Positions 8,559 to 16,432 of a stretch of 30,422 bases of DNA are shown here, piece by piece. Within the stretch, counting starts at the first letter, position 1. The number at the start of each line of letters is the position of its first letter. This stretch comes from a virus (lineage: Duplodnaviria > Caudoviricetes): positions 1 to 30,422 of IMG/VR virus record IMGVR_UViG_3300022072_000085. One strand, given 5' to 3'. The position numbers were made by a program, and so were the translations under genes. Under the pieces are notes generated by a model. That model was not told the DNA's origin and ran no database searches. It saw only the letters and a program-made list of their open reading frames with translations.

Positions 8559-10505
8559 CTAATCTTTTTTATAAAATGTTGACATAAAACCATCAGCACT
8601 AAGAGGTAAGCCCTTAGCCCATGGTATTTCCCTAGACATTATTCCGCACATGTCGTCTAACACTTCTTGCTCATTTGGTATTTCACATACGACTTCATCA
8701 TGTATGTGCATAGTTATCTTATAACCTTCATTGTGTAGAGACATCATACTAAATGCAAGTATATCTCTAGCAACAGCTTGAACTATGTTCTCAGTTAGTT
8801 TACCACCGTAAGTGTCAATGTATGTCCATTGCTTAGTCATACCGTCTACACCTTTGTATTGAACAGCTGTCTTGCCCCATCTGTTTTGACCTAACTTAGG
8901 TTCCCTGTAAAATAGTTCTCTTCCACTTGGTAGTTTAACTATAAAGTTCAATTTATCAGAGTAAAACTCTAGTCCATGGTTTCTAACAACTTTTCTTTTC
9001 TGGCTAATAGCGATCAAAGCTGCTTTTTCTACAGAATACCAGAACTTAACTATGTTAGGATTGGCTGTACGCCACTTCTTAACTATGAGTTTCATCTCCT
9101 CATCGCTAAGTCCCATAGACTCTCCACCCATTGCTTTTAAGGCTCCAAGTGATCCTTGATAACCTAAAGCTAATTCAGCTATCTTACCTTTTGTTCTTAG
9201 TTCAGATCCTTTTTCTATGCTTTCTATCGGTACATTAAACATCATGGAAGCGGAAGCTTCATAGATTTTACCGTGTGATTTGAATACGTCTAATCGCCAT
9301 TTTTCATCAGCAAGCCAGGCAATAACTCTGGCCTCAATGGCACTAAAATCAGCTACACCTAGAATCGTTCCTGGTGGTGCTATAAAAGCAGTTCTTATCA
9401 ATTGGGAAAGTAGAGAAGGTATATTGTCGTGGCAGTGTTTAGATTCTTCAATGTTCTTAGTTCTTATTATGTTTCTAGGTACGTCTATATCCTTAATGTA
9501 GTTTCTAGGTAGATTTTGCAATTGAACTAAACGTCCAGCCCATCTACCGGTTCTATTAGCTCCATAATATTGAAATAAACCTCTTACTCTGTTATCTTCA
9601 CTTGAGGCGCAATTCAACATCGATATGTATTTCTTGGTTGATGTCTTTGAGGATTTAGCTCTTAACTCTAAAACGTCCCTAACAGCACCAGGTTCGCATT
9701 CAGCGATAAGGCTATTTAACTTATCCTTAGCTAGACTTTTTATTTCGTTACCTGTTTGGATAGTCAGCCATGCTTTTATTTGAGCTGGACTGTTAGGGTT
9801 GTCTATTCCTGTTATGTCTTTTATTTTGCTTCTTATCTCACCTGACATGTGATCATCTAATCTGTAAGCCATTATAGCTAATTGCATATCCACTAGAACA
9901 CCGTTATCATTTATGATTTGATCTAAGATATAGTTTTTTCGTTCAAAATCAGAGATTTTATAAGCTGATAACTGCCTGTGTATCTCCCTCTCTGCTATAA
10001 CATCGCCTACGCAGTATTCTTTGAATTGCTCCCACTGTTTCTCGTCGTGGTGCCAAAAATTCCTTAGCCTAACTGATCTCTTATTAGTATTAGGCATACA
10101 GAAATATCTTATAAGAGCTCTACCTGTTTTTAACTTAGCTTTATCTGTTAGTTCTAAGGCTTTAGAAAGAGCTTCAAGGCCTAATGGTAATCCGCAGTAA
10201 GCAGCTTTAACCATAGTACATCTCCACTGATCTATAGGCACATCATAGCCTATAGCTTTTAATATGTTTCTTTCAAATGATGCATTGTGAGCGTATTTTT
10301 TTATGTTAGGATCCATCAAAGCGTCTGTGAACCTAAACGGTAACTTTTCTCCTTTAGCTAAATCTATTATTTGGACATTTTCATCATCAAAACAATAAGC
10401 TAACATGAGAATTTCAAAATCTAGCGAAGAAACATATTTGTATAAACCACTTGATTTAATGTCTATACTTGAATACGTTTCACCGTCTATATGGAGTCTA
10501 GGCAT
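8559..10505 (-). CDS. polA: Phage family A DNA polymerase with 3'-5' exonuclease, Leu762 type
   Basis: Exo HIDGETYS and HNASFE; RTGRWAG, QLQNLPR, motif A DFSAIEARV, motif B RTKGKIAELALGY, motif C HIHDE. ATG at 10505 preferred because the track's TTG at 10541 lies inside a hairpin. Confidence 0.95.
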   Translation of the reverse strand: MPRLHIDGETYSSIDIKSSGLYKYVSSLDFEILMLAYCFDDENVQIIDLAKGEKLPFRFTDALMDPNIKKYAHNASFERNILKAIGYDVPIDQWRCTMVKAAYCGLPLGLEALSKALELTDKAKLKTGRALIRYFCMPNTNKRSVRLRNFWHHDEKQWEQFKEYCVGDVIAEREIHRQLSAYKISDFERKNYILDQIINDNGVLVDMQLAIMAYRLDDHMSGEIRSKIKDITGIDNPNSPAQIKAWLTIQTGNEIKSLAKDKLNSLIAECEPGAVRDVLELRAKSSKTSTKKYISMLNCASSEDNRVRGLFQYYGANRTGRWAGRLVQLQNLPRNYIKDIDVPRNIIRTKNIEESKHCHDNIPSLLSQLIRTAFIAPPGTILGVADFSAIEARVIAWLADEKWRLDVFKSHGKIYEASASMMFNVPIESIEKGSELRTKGKIAELALGYQGSLGALKAMGGESMGLSDEEMKLIVKKWRTANPNIVKFWYSVEKAALIAISQKRKVVRNHGLEFYSDKLNFIVKLPSGRELFYREPKLGQNRWGKTAVQYKGVDGMTKQWTYIDTYGGKLTENIVQAVARDILAFSMMSLHNEGYKITMHIHDEVVCEIPNEQEVLDDMCGIMSREIPWAKGLPLSADGFMSTFYKKD

Positions 10506-10514
10506 GTTGAAAGG

Positions 10515-10549
10515 ATTAAATATAGGCTTGTAGTTATACAAGCCTATAT
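10515..10549 (-). terminator. Hairpin/terminator after the SSB gene
   Basis: 13-bp perfect stem ATATAGGCTTGTA (10520-10532) / TACAAGCCTATAT (10537-10549), 4-nt loop. Confidence 0.7.
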
Positions 10550-10560
10550 GTTTAGTGTTA

Positions 10561-11082
10561 CTACATTAAAGGATCAGAAAAGTCAGCTTCTGCCGTTGGG
10601 CCGCCAACTAATCTTTCACCATCTGCTAACTTCTGTAAGTTGTTCAAACCACATGCAATACCTTTATTGCCGTTAGTGTTGAACGCATAGAAATTAACTG
10701 ACACTCGGCCATAGCAACCAGAGTAGAAGTCTTCCGAATCCATAATAGGATTTAACTCCGCATCTACTACACCAGGCTTCAATCCTGAAGAAGCATTCAA
10801 AAACATGCAGTTAGCATAGTTAGGATCATCCTCTCTGTCAATATCACCATCACGTAATGGTGTTTTCAAATTAGCTGGTACTTTACCGCCTAGCTTTGCT
10901 TTACCATTTTCAGCTGCTAATTTAATAGCGTCTTGCACTTTTTTAAGGGTGACTTTATCATCCTTACTTATAAGCACAGAAGCTGAATACTTCTTCTTGT
11001 CACCTCCTAAAACAGTTTGAGGTTCAAAAACGTGTAAGTAACATAATCTCACTTTTCCAGTGATAACTTTTGTTGTGGACAT
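10561..11082 (-). CDS. DUF2815 single-stranded DNA-binding protein (gp2.5-like)
   Basis: KVITGKVRLCYLHVFEP, KYSASVLI, PLRDGD, YSGCYGRVS, NKGIACGLNNLQKL.DGERL and an acidic tail. Confidence 0.92.
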   Translation of the reverse strand: MSTTKVITGKVRLCYLHVFEPQTVLGGDKKKYSASVLISKDDKVTLKKVQDAIKLAAENGKAKLGGKVPANLKTPLRDGDIDREDDPNYANCMFLNASSGLKPGVVDAELNPIMDSEDFYSGCYGRVSVNFYAFNTNGNKGIACGLNNLQKLADGERLVGGPTAEADFSDPLM

Positions 11083-11092
11083 AATTTAAATT

Positions 11093-12235
11093 TTATAAAT
11101 TGAAAAAATCTAGTTTAGCTTGCTCATCTCCCAGAGCTGGTTTTGGATCATCAACGTGAACCAACTTAGGAGCACTTGGTTTCTTGAATACTTGTTCACC
11201 TAGCATCGGTTGGAATTTAGCTCCAAGTAGCCGTTTTATATCAGTTATAGATTTAAGCTTACTATTCTTTATATCAGTATAGCCATTTTTCTCTAGTATT
11301 TCAACTATCTTTTCTTTGTCTAACCATGTGTTTTTCTTCTGTCCTGCTACTAACTTAAAATTGTTCCACTTCTTTCCTTCTAGTGCAGAATCATACATAT
11401 AGGACTCAATGGACTTTATCCAATCTTTGATCATGTGCAAAGAGGCATATAACTCTTCTAACCTATCATCATTTAATAGATCAGGTGTTTTGAAATCAGA
11501 CTTAGCTGCTACAACAGCGAACTTAGCCATTTCGGAACATTTGTGCTTAACAGCACACCATCTACACCATTCACCTGTTACCTTATTGCCAAGACCTTTA
11601 AAAGCCATCTGTGCTTTAGGCTTAACGTGATCTCCCCAATTTAGTAGTTCTGCTTTAGTCATAGTTTCCGTAGTAATAGAATCTAATCTAGGCTGTACAA
11701 CTGTCATTTTTATTATCTGTATAGAGTGGGATAACTCAACTAGCTTTAGAGCTCCTAAACCATAAAGCCTTAGTTGACTATTGTTATGAGCATCCACTTT
11801 AACTCCTTTTCCATATTTCAAGTCTACCATCTCTAATACATCATCTTCGACTAGTACTATATCACCTGTACCAAATCCTTCAGGTACGTAGTCAGAAAAA
11901 TCTAGTCTTTCTTCTACGTATATTTCTGAATTTTCAGTATAATTCATTAATATGTAGTCTATGTACATATTAACGTATTTCAACATTTCAGGCTTGTAGA
12001 ACTTGTTATCTTTTATGCGATTAAACTCTGTTTCAAAGTCATCATCAGATAATCTATCTAATGTATTAGCTATTATGATTTCGGATAATTCATGTGCCAA
12101 AGTGCCTTCTTGAGCATACATAGAGCTTTTACTCTTTTTCTGAGCATCTTCAAGTCTAGCACTGGGAGTACAATTCATCCATCTCTTAGAACCTGAGGCT
12201 GATAACAGGGCATGCTTTCTTTCACTATGGTTCAT
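11093..12235 (-). CDS. DUF2800 Cas4-like PD-(D/E)XK nuclease
   Basis: HALLSAS..RW..C, GTLAHE, FGTGD, DLKYG, QLRLYGLG and CRWC.....C motifs. Confidence 0.9.
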   Translation of the reverse strand: MNHSERKHALLSASGSKRWMNCTPSARLEDAQKKSKSSMYAQEGTLAHELSEIIIANTLDRLSDDDFETEFNRIKDNKFYKPEMLKYVNMYIDYILMNYTENSEIYVEERLDFSDYVPEGFGTGDIVLVEDDVLEMVDLKYGKGVKVDAHNNSQLRLYGLGALKLVELSHSIQIIKMTVVQPRLDSITTETMTKAELLNWGDHVKPKAQMAFKGLGNKVTGEWCRWCAVKHKCSEMAKFAVVAAKSDFKTPDLLNDDRLEELYASLHMIKDWIKSIESYMYDSALEGKKWNNFKLVAGQKKNTWLDKEKIVEILEKNGYTDIKNSKLKSITDIKRLLGAKFQPMLGEQVFKKPSAPKLVHVDDPKPALGDEQAKLDFFNL

Positions 12236-12504
12236 AATGATTTTAGATAATCGACGAAAGTTTCATATTTACTTTCCTCTAGGTTAGTAACACTGCTGGC
12301 ACCTAATTCACTGAGCTTAGCCTTTATGGCGGCTCTGTTATCTTTAACTTTGGTGCTTAGTTCAGATCGAACATCATTTATAGAATAACTCGACTTAGCT
12401 GTTTTAGGTTCATAAGCTACTTGTCTTGTGAACCGTTTCAAGAAATCTATAGACTCTTTGATGCTTTTAGGGTCATCAACATTTATAGATAGTGTTATTT
12501 GCAT
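12232..12504 (-). CDS. Small conserved protein of the DUF2800-DUF2815-PolA module
   Basis: C-terminal SINDVR.......AAIKAKLSELGASSVTNLEESKY, as seen in genes preceding DUF2800. Confidence 0.65.
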   Translation of the reverse strand: MQITLSINVDDPKSIKESIDFLKRFTRQVAYEPKTAKSSYSINDVRSELSTKVKDNRAAIKAKLSELGASSVTNLEESKYETFVDYLKSL

Positions 12505-12884
12505 TTTTCTATTATTTTTTCAATGGATGCTATATACTCCGATAAGGTTATAGAACCACCATGGAGTATAGCATCATGTATTAACGAATTAGACTTACGT
12601 ACGGTTGTAACCCAAGTCTGTGTATTTAATCTAGCCTCAAAATTGTCTCTTTTAAAAATATGAACATTTTCAACGGTCTCATGTTTCCAGACACCGGAAT
12701 ACAATTCATTGATAGATATATTAGCTAGTTCTGCTAATATTTTAGCTTGATCGACATCCAATTTAGATATACCATTAATCACTCTGTTAAGAGCATGGTA
12801 TGGATGCCTATTACTAGGAAACAAATGATTTGCTACCTCAGTATTACTTAATCCGGTTTTAGTGATGACCTTTGATAGGTTCAT
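12495..12884 (-). CDS. XRE-like helix-turn-helix protein
   Basis: N-terminal LSKVI...GLSNTEVANHLFP......ALNRVING...LDVDQAKILAELANISINEL. Confidence 0.6.
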   Translation of the reverse strand: MNLSKVITKTGLSNTEVANHLFPSNRHPYHALNRVINGISKLDVDQAKILAELANISINELYSGVWKHETVENVHIFKRDNFEARLNTQTWVTTVRKSNSLIHDAILHGGSITLSEYIASIEKIIEKCK

Positions 12885-13516
12885 AATTTCAAGTGTTTAT
12901 TGTATAAATGTAAATCAGCAGCAAAGTGATAATACCAACCTACGTTTAGGTTGAGTCTCTTAGCTACTAAAACCTGTAGTTTAGAAAAGCAATATTGATC
13001 ATTGCAAAAACCGAACCAAAGGTCGTTAGACCTCATTATGACTTGCATGCACAACTCGTTTTCTATTATTCTAAACCCTACATTTAACGTGCAAGGTGTA
13101 TCTTTCTCGTACGTTTCAATCTCCTTAGCATCATATATTGTAATCCAAGCACGTCTTGTATCTTTATCTTCTTTCAGTAGTTTAATCACCTTTTCGAGTT
13201 GATTGTTTCTCTTCCACTGCCATCCGTAGTTACTGTTAACTATGTCATCGCCAGTATGCATTTTATCCCATATAGGTGCATACTTTTTAATGTTCTTAAC
13301 AGATCTGTCACCAGACAAATACCACTTCCATTCGCGTTCAGCATATCTGTCAGACCACTTACGCCAAAAGGTTCTTATCTGGTTATCTATAGGATTTTCA
13401 ATGATGAATCCAACATTGAAAAGAGCCTTTGTGCCATTGTCTAACTTTAAACCATTCTTCTTTATTTGATAATAGAAGTGTTTAAAAGCAATATCTGCAC
13501 TAGTGAATTTATTCAT
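12881..13516 (-). CDS. Thymidylate-synthase-superfamily enzyme, T4 gp42-like dCMP hydroxymethylase/methylase
   Basis: REWKWY, IW......VNSNYGW, DTRRA, catalytic PCT, MRSNDLWFGFCND and LHLY. Asp at the E. coli ThyA Asn177-equivalent position. Confidence 0.8.
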   Translation of the reverse strand: MNKFTSADIAFKHFYYQIKKNGLKLDNGTKALFNVGFIIENPIDNQIRTFWRKWSDRYAEREWKWYLSGDRSVKNIKKYAPIWDKMHTGDDIVNSNYGWQWKRNNQLEKVIKLLKEDKDTRRAWITIYDAKEIETYEKDTPCTLNVGFRIIENELCMQVIMRSNDLWFGFCNDQYCFSKLQVLVAKRLNLNVGWYYHFAADLHLYNKHLKL

Positions 13517-13959
13517 TATTTATCTCCTGTTGATCCAAAACCTCCATCGCCACGCTCAGTTTGAACACCGCCATAAAGTGCTTGGTGTGAATTGACTAAT
13601 TCTATTTCATCATAGCACACATACCTAACAATACCTTGAGCCAATTTGGCACCTGGATCTATTACCTGCGTTTCTGTTCCTACATTTATAAGATGTAGAT
13701 GAACTTCTCCTTGATAGTCATTATCAACAACCTTAGCACCTATAATAAGAAGTTTTTTGGCTACACTAGATTTGTTTTGAAAGACTAGATCGGTACCTTT
13801 AGGTAGCTTAATCTTAAGACCTGAAGGTATCAAAGCATCTTCGCCTGGTTCTATGTACCAAGGAAATAAAGCCTCAGGCACAAAGAAATCAATACCAGAA
13901 CTCAATTCAGTTCCACGTTCGGGAGTCTTGACATCCCGGATTTTCCACATTTTAATCAT
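13516..13959 (-). CDS. dut: Trimeric dUTPase-family pyrophosphatase
   Basis: SGIDF (I), NKSS (variant II), VVDNDYQGE (III), LAQ (IV), RGDGGFGSTG (V). Confidence 0.88.
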   Translation of the reverse strand: MIKMWKIRDVKTPERGTELSSGIDFFVPEALFPWYIEPGEDALIPSGLKIKLPKGTDLVFQNKSSVAKKLLIIGAKVVDNDYQGEVHLHLINVGTETQVIDPGAKLAQGIVRYVCYDEIELVNSHQALYGGVQTERGDGGFGSTGDK

Positions 13960-14723
13960 TATTTTTGCTTTAGGATCCAGATTGTGTTCCGGCTATGCTC
14001 CGGAAAGAATGGAGCCATGATGTTTGAAATAAGGTTTGCGTCGTAATATGCTCTTAGGCTATTGAACATCATTTTTTGCCAATCGTTCATGTGTGGCCTG
14101 TAATCTCGCATACTAGCGAAAGTGCCAAATTTGTTTACGATTCTGAAGTGTCTTTCTAAAATGTCTTGTAACTCGAAGTGTCCAAACTCTTGAACGTCTA
14201 CACCTCTTCCATCGCCAGAATCATAGGTATGGTTACCAGCAGCTCCTACTATTGGATCGTAGTTAGGAGTGGATAGATAGTAGGTAGCATTTTTATGCCC
14301 ACAGGCTTTAAAGTTCTCTAAGAACACATCAGCATTTTGCTTTCCAACATGTTCTATAACCTCAAATGAACATACTTTATCTGCCTCAATAGCAGAGTAA
14401 TTATAATCATTTTTGCATAAATCAGCACAATCAAATTCAGCCCAATCAACTTTGGCAAATTTATCATTTGCTACTCGGATTGTTCTTTCTCTGATGTCGA
14501 TGCCTATGTACCGACTTTGCTTAAAGCGATTGCGGTATAGGACTTCTAATAGGTTTCCTCCTCCACAACCGAAATCACACATCACTTCGCCTATTCTAGC
14601 CTCTTTTAAGATGTGAGTCCATCTTAGGTAGTGTGCGAACTGGTCACGGTGGAATACGTGCCTTTCAAATGTTGTTACTGGATTGAGGTCCGTAACATTG
14701 TACTTAGACTTGTCAATTTTCAT
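13959..14723 (-). CDS. Class I SAM-dependent methyltransferase, small-molecule/UbiG-like, not a classical DNA MTase
   Basis: DFGCGGG, YIGIDI, DCADL, SFEVIEHV and LSTPN; no DPPY/NPPY or PC motif. Confidence 0.88.
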   Translation of the reverse strand: MKIDKSKYNVTDLNPVTTFERHVFHRDQFAHYLRWTHILKEARIGEVMCDFGCGGGNLLEVLYRNRFKQSRYIGIDIRERTIRVANDKFAKVDWAEFDCADLCKNDYNYSAIEADKVCSFEVIEHVGKQNADVFLENFKACGHKNATYYLSTPNYDPIVGAAGNHTYDSGDGRGVDVQEFGHFELQDILERHFRIVNKFGTFASMRDYRPHMNDWQKMMFNSLRAYYDANLISNIMAPFFPEHSRNTIWILKQK

Positions 14724-14865
14724 AGCTTAGCAATTTAATATTGATTTTATTCATTTCATCTAACATGCCTTTTTTCAAGAACTCGTTTCGTGCTCTAACG
14801 AGACAAGCATATTCAAATACGGTTAAATGATCTTTGGAAATAAGATTTTTGATTTTTTCACTCAT
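14713..14865 (-). CDS. Small hypothetical protein, 50 aa (not in track)
   Basis: MSEKIKNLISKDHLTVFEYACLVRARNEFLKKGMLDEMNKINIKLLSYEN*; overlaps both neighbours. Confidence 0.55.
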   Translation of the reverse strand: MSEKIKNLISKDHLTVFEYACLVRARNEFLKKGMLDEMNKINIKLLSYEN

Positions 14866-14963
14866 TTTTTAAAGTGTTTATAGACTTCCCAGAAACACCA
14901 AAGTGCCTGGAAAACTAATAGGATTTTTATTGTTGTTAACTCTTCGGGACTAAAACATTCCAT
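14862..14963 (-). CDS. Small membrane peptide, 33 aa (not in track)
   Basis: MECFSPEELTTIKILLVFQALWCFWEVYKHFKK*; A-rich leader; ATGA overlap with the next gene. Confidence 0.5.
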   Translation of the reverse strand: MECFSPEELTTIKILLVFQALWCFWEVYKHFKK

Positions 14964-15118
14964 AATTTAGATTTAATCAGACCAACCGAAAATCAATTGG
15001 TCTATAGGTGTTAATTGAGCATTGTATTTATTCTACCTATCTGTGGCATCTACGCTTACGCTATAAGCCTTTGATGTATCTGCTTTTATTTCGTCCTCTA
15101 TTTTCCAAAAAATACTGT

Positions 15119-15343
15119 TTAGCTTTCATGTGCTTTTTTCGTTTGAACAGCAGCAACGTATCTAGCTACAAGCTTACTTATATTCCAGATAATCCACCAG
15201 ACATTTAGCTTGCCGTTTGGTTTAAGAATATCCTCGATTAAAGGCTCGAGGATTGTTTCAATAATGCTGATTTCAACATCATCCTTAGCTTCGAACTCGC
15301 TTGTAGCTCTGTGGAGCTCGCGCTCATACTGTTTAATTTTCAT
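15119..15343 (-). CDS. Hypothetical protein
   Basis: 74-aa ORF coupled by ATGA overlap. Confidence 0.6.
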   Translation of the reverse strand: MKIKQYERELHRATSEFEAKDDVEISIIETILEPLIEDILKPNGKLNVWWIIWNISKLVARYVAAVQTKKAHES

Positions 15344-15837
15344 AATACTAATTTACAAAGTTTTTTAGATTGACGCATTTTGGCATGCTTGTATCTGCTT
15401 AAATCGCTTGTCGTAAGAGCGAATGCCGCAGCTTCTGCAATGGCGTCTCCCACTTCCCACATTTCTATGTGGAAAGATACAATCTTAGATATGACTTCGC
15501 AGAACATGATAGAACTTATGTCAGCTGCGTTATAACCGAGGTTCCTAGCCGTTTGAGCTATATATGTTATTTCAAATTCTTGCAATTCACCTTCTCCGAA
15601 TTGTCGGAGTTCTTCCATCATTTTATATGTGTTACTAGGCATTAAATAACTATATGAGTTTAAACATTTATACAGCAATTTAACTCGCTCTTGATTTGAT
15701 ATATTCTCGTCTTGGTTTTCTACGTACCAAAGTAACCAATCTATACGCTCACACTTGGAAATAGGATTGGTGGCGAAGAAATCTCTAGCTTCTTCATAAT
15801 CTGTTAGGTGGACATTCATAATAAGGATGTTTAACAT
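15340..15837 (-). CDS. Hypothetical protein
   Basis: 165-aa ORF in operon orientation; the start may be the internal MNVHL. Confidence 0.7.
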   Translation of the reverse strand: MLNILIMNVHLTDYEEARDFFATNPISKCERIDWLLWYVENQDENISNQERVKLLYKCLNSYSYLMPSNTYKMMEELRQFGEGELQEFEITYIAQTARNLGYNAADISSIMFCEVISKIVSFHIEMWEVGDAIAEAAAFALTTSDLSRYKHAKMRQSKKLCKLVL

Positions 15838-15848
15838 GAGCCCCAGAA

Positions 15849-15946
15849 TCGCGTTCTAAGGAATCATTTTTTTAATATTGAGGAATATATAGTATCTAAA
15901 TTTAGATCTACTAGGTGTAATGTTAGGTATTAAAAATTTAATATTT
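15849..15946 (+). repeat. Dispersed bipartite element, copy 2
   Basis: 27/28 identical to 2325-2352, then TAGGTGTAATGTTAGGTAT at +63. Confidence 0.85.
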
Positions 15947-15952
15947 GGGTTT

Positions 15953-15978
15953 AAAAAGAGCTCCAATTTGGAGCTCTT
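15953..15978 (-). terminator. Intrinsic terminator
   Basis: Minus strand AAGAGCUCCA-AAU-UGGAGCUC-UUUUU. Confidence 0.75.
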
Positions 15979-16130
15979 GACAATTTCGATTACAACCCTT
16001 AGTCTTAAAAACGAGGGAGGAGAGGCCCGCAAAACCTCAACTCCCGTTCGTCCACCCTAACAAAATATCTTAAGTGTGGAGAGGCCCTATAAGCCTCTCC
16101 TATTTTTAGGCTCTTAAGCCTATGTGGGAT
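15953..16130 (-). ncRNA. Candidate structured RNA or regulatory 3' UTR
   Basis: GC-richer than its flanks, not covered by any track ORF, three hairpins plus a terminator; GGGCCUCUCC occurs twice. Confidence 0.4.
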
Positions 16131-16135
16131 TTAAA

Positions 16136-16282
16136 CTATCGAACACATAGTTTCTTTATCACCCCTGTACCTTTACATCTGGTACAGGGTATGATCTCAC
16201 CAGTCTTGGTATTTCCTTTTAAATGAGTTGCTCCTTTGCACTCTGGACAGTAAGCTAAATAGACTTTATTCTTTTGGTTCAT
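16136..16282 (-). CDS. 48-aa DnaJ-type (CxxCxG) zinc-finger microprotein (not in track)
   Basis: MNQKNKVYLAYCPECKGATHLKGNTKTGEIIPCTRCKGTGVIKKLCVR*. Confidence 0.75.
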   Translation of the reverse strand: MNQKNKVYLAYCPECKGATHLKGNTKTGEIIPCTRCKGTGVIKKLCVR

Positions 16283-16352
16283 AGCACATTGTTTCAACGA
16301 AGAATGATACAGCCGTTATGACTAATAGTAGATAAGATAAGAACTCTATCAT
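16266..16352 (-). CDS. 28-aa hydrophobic peptide (not in track)
   Basis: MIEFLSYLLLVITAVSFFVETMCYEPKE*; overlaps the zinc-finger gene start. Confidence 0.45.
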   Translation of the reverse strand: MIEFLSYLLLVITAVSFFVETMCYEPKE

Positions 16353-16368
16353 GAGGTAGGTTTTTAAA

Positions 16369-16406
16369 GTGAGTGAGGATAGACTAAAGAACCTATCCCC
16401 ATTCAC
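16369..16406 (-). terminator. Long hairpin (terminator or RNase III-type site)
   Basis: GUGAAUGGGGAUAGG/UCUAUCCUCACUCAC, 15 bp with one mismatch; G-U pairs form only on the minus strand. Confidence 0.6.
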
Positions 16407-16432
16407 GTAATCAATCATATAAAATATTAACT

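Noticed and set aside
12881-13516. Canonical thymidylate synthase (thyA)
   Set aside because: Asp rather than Asn at the base-specificity position and gp42-like motifs; gene symbol withheld.
13959-14723. DNA adenine/cytosine methyltransferase
   Set aside because: No DPPY/NPPY/SPPY or PC/ENV catalytic motifs; FEVIEH is typical of small-molecule methyltransferases.
15953-16130. tRNA gene
   Set aside because: No cloverleaf, T-loop GTTCRA or CCA end is recognisable.
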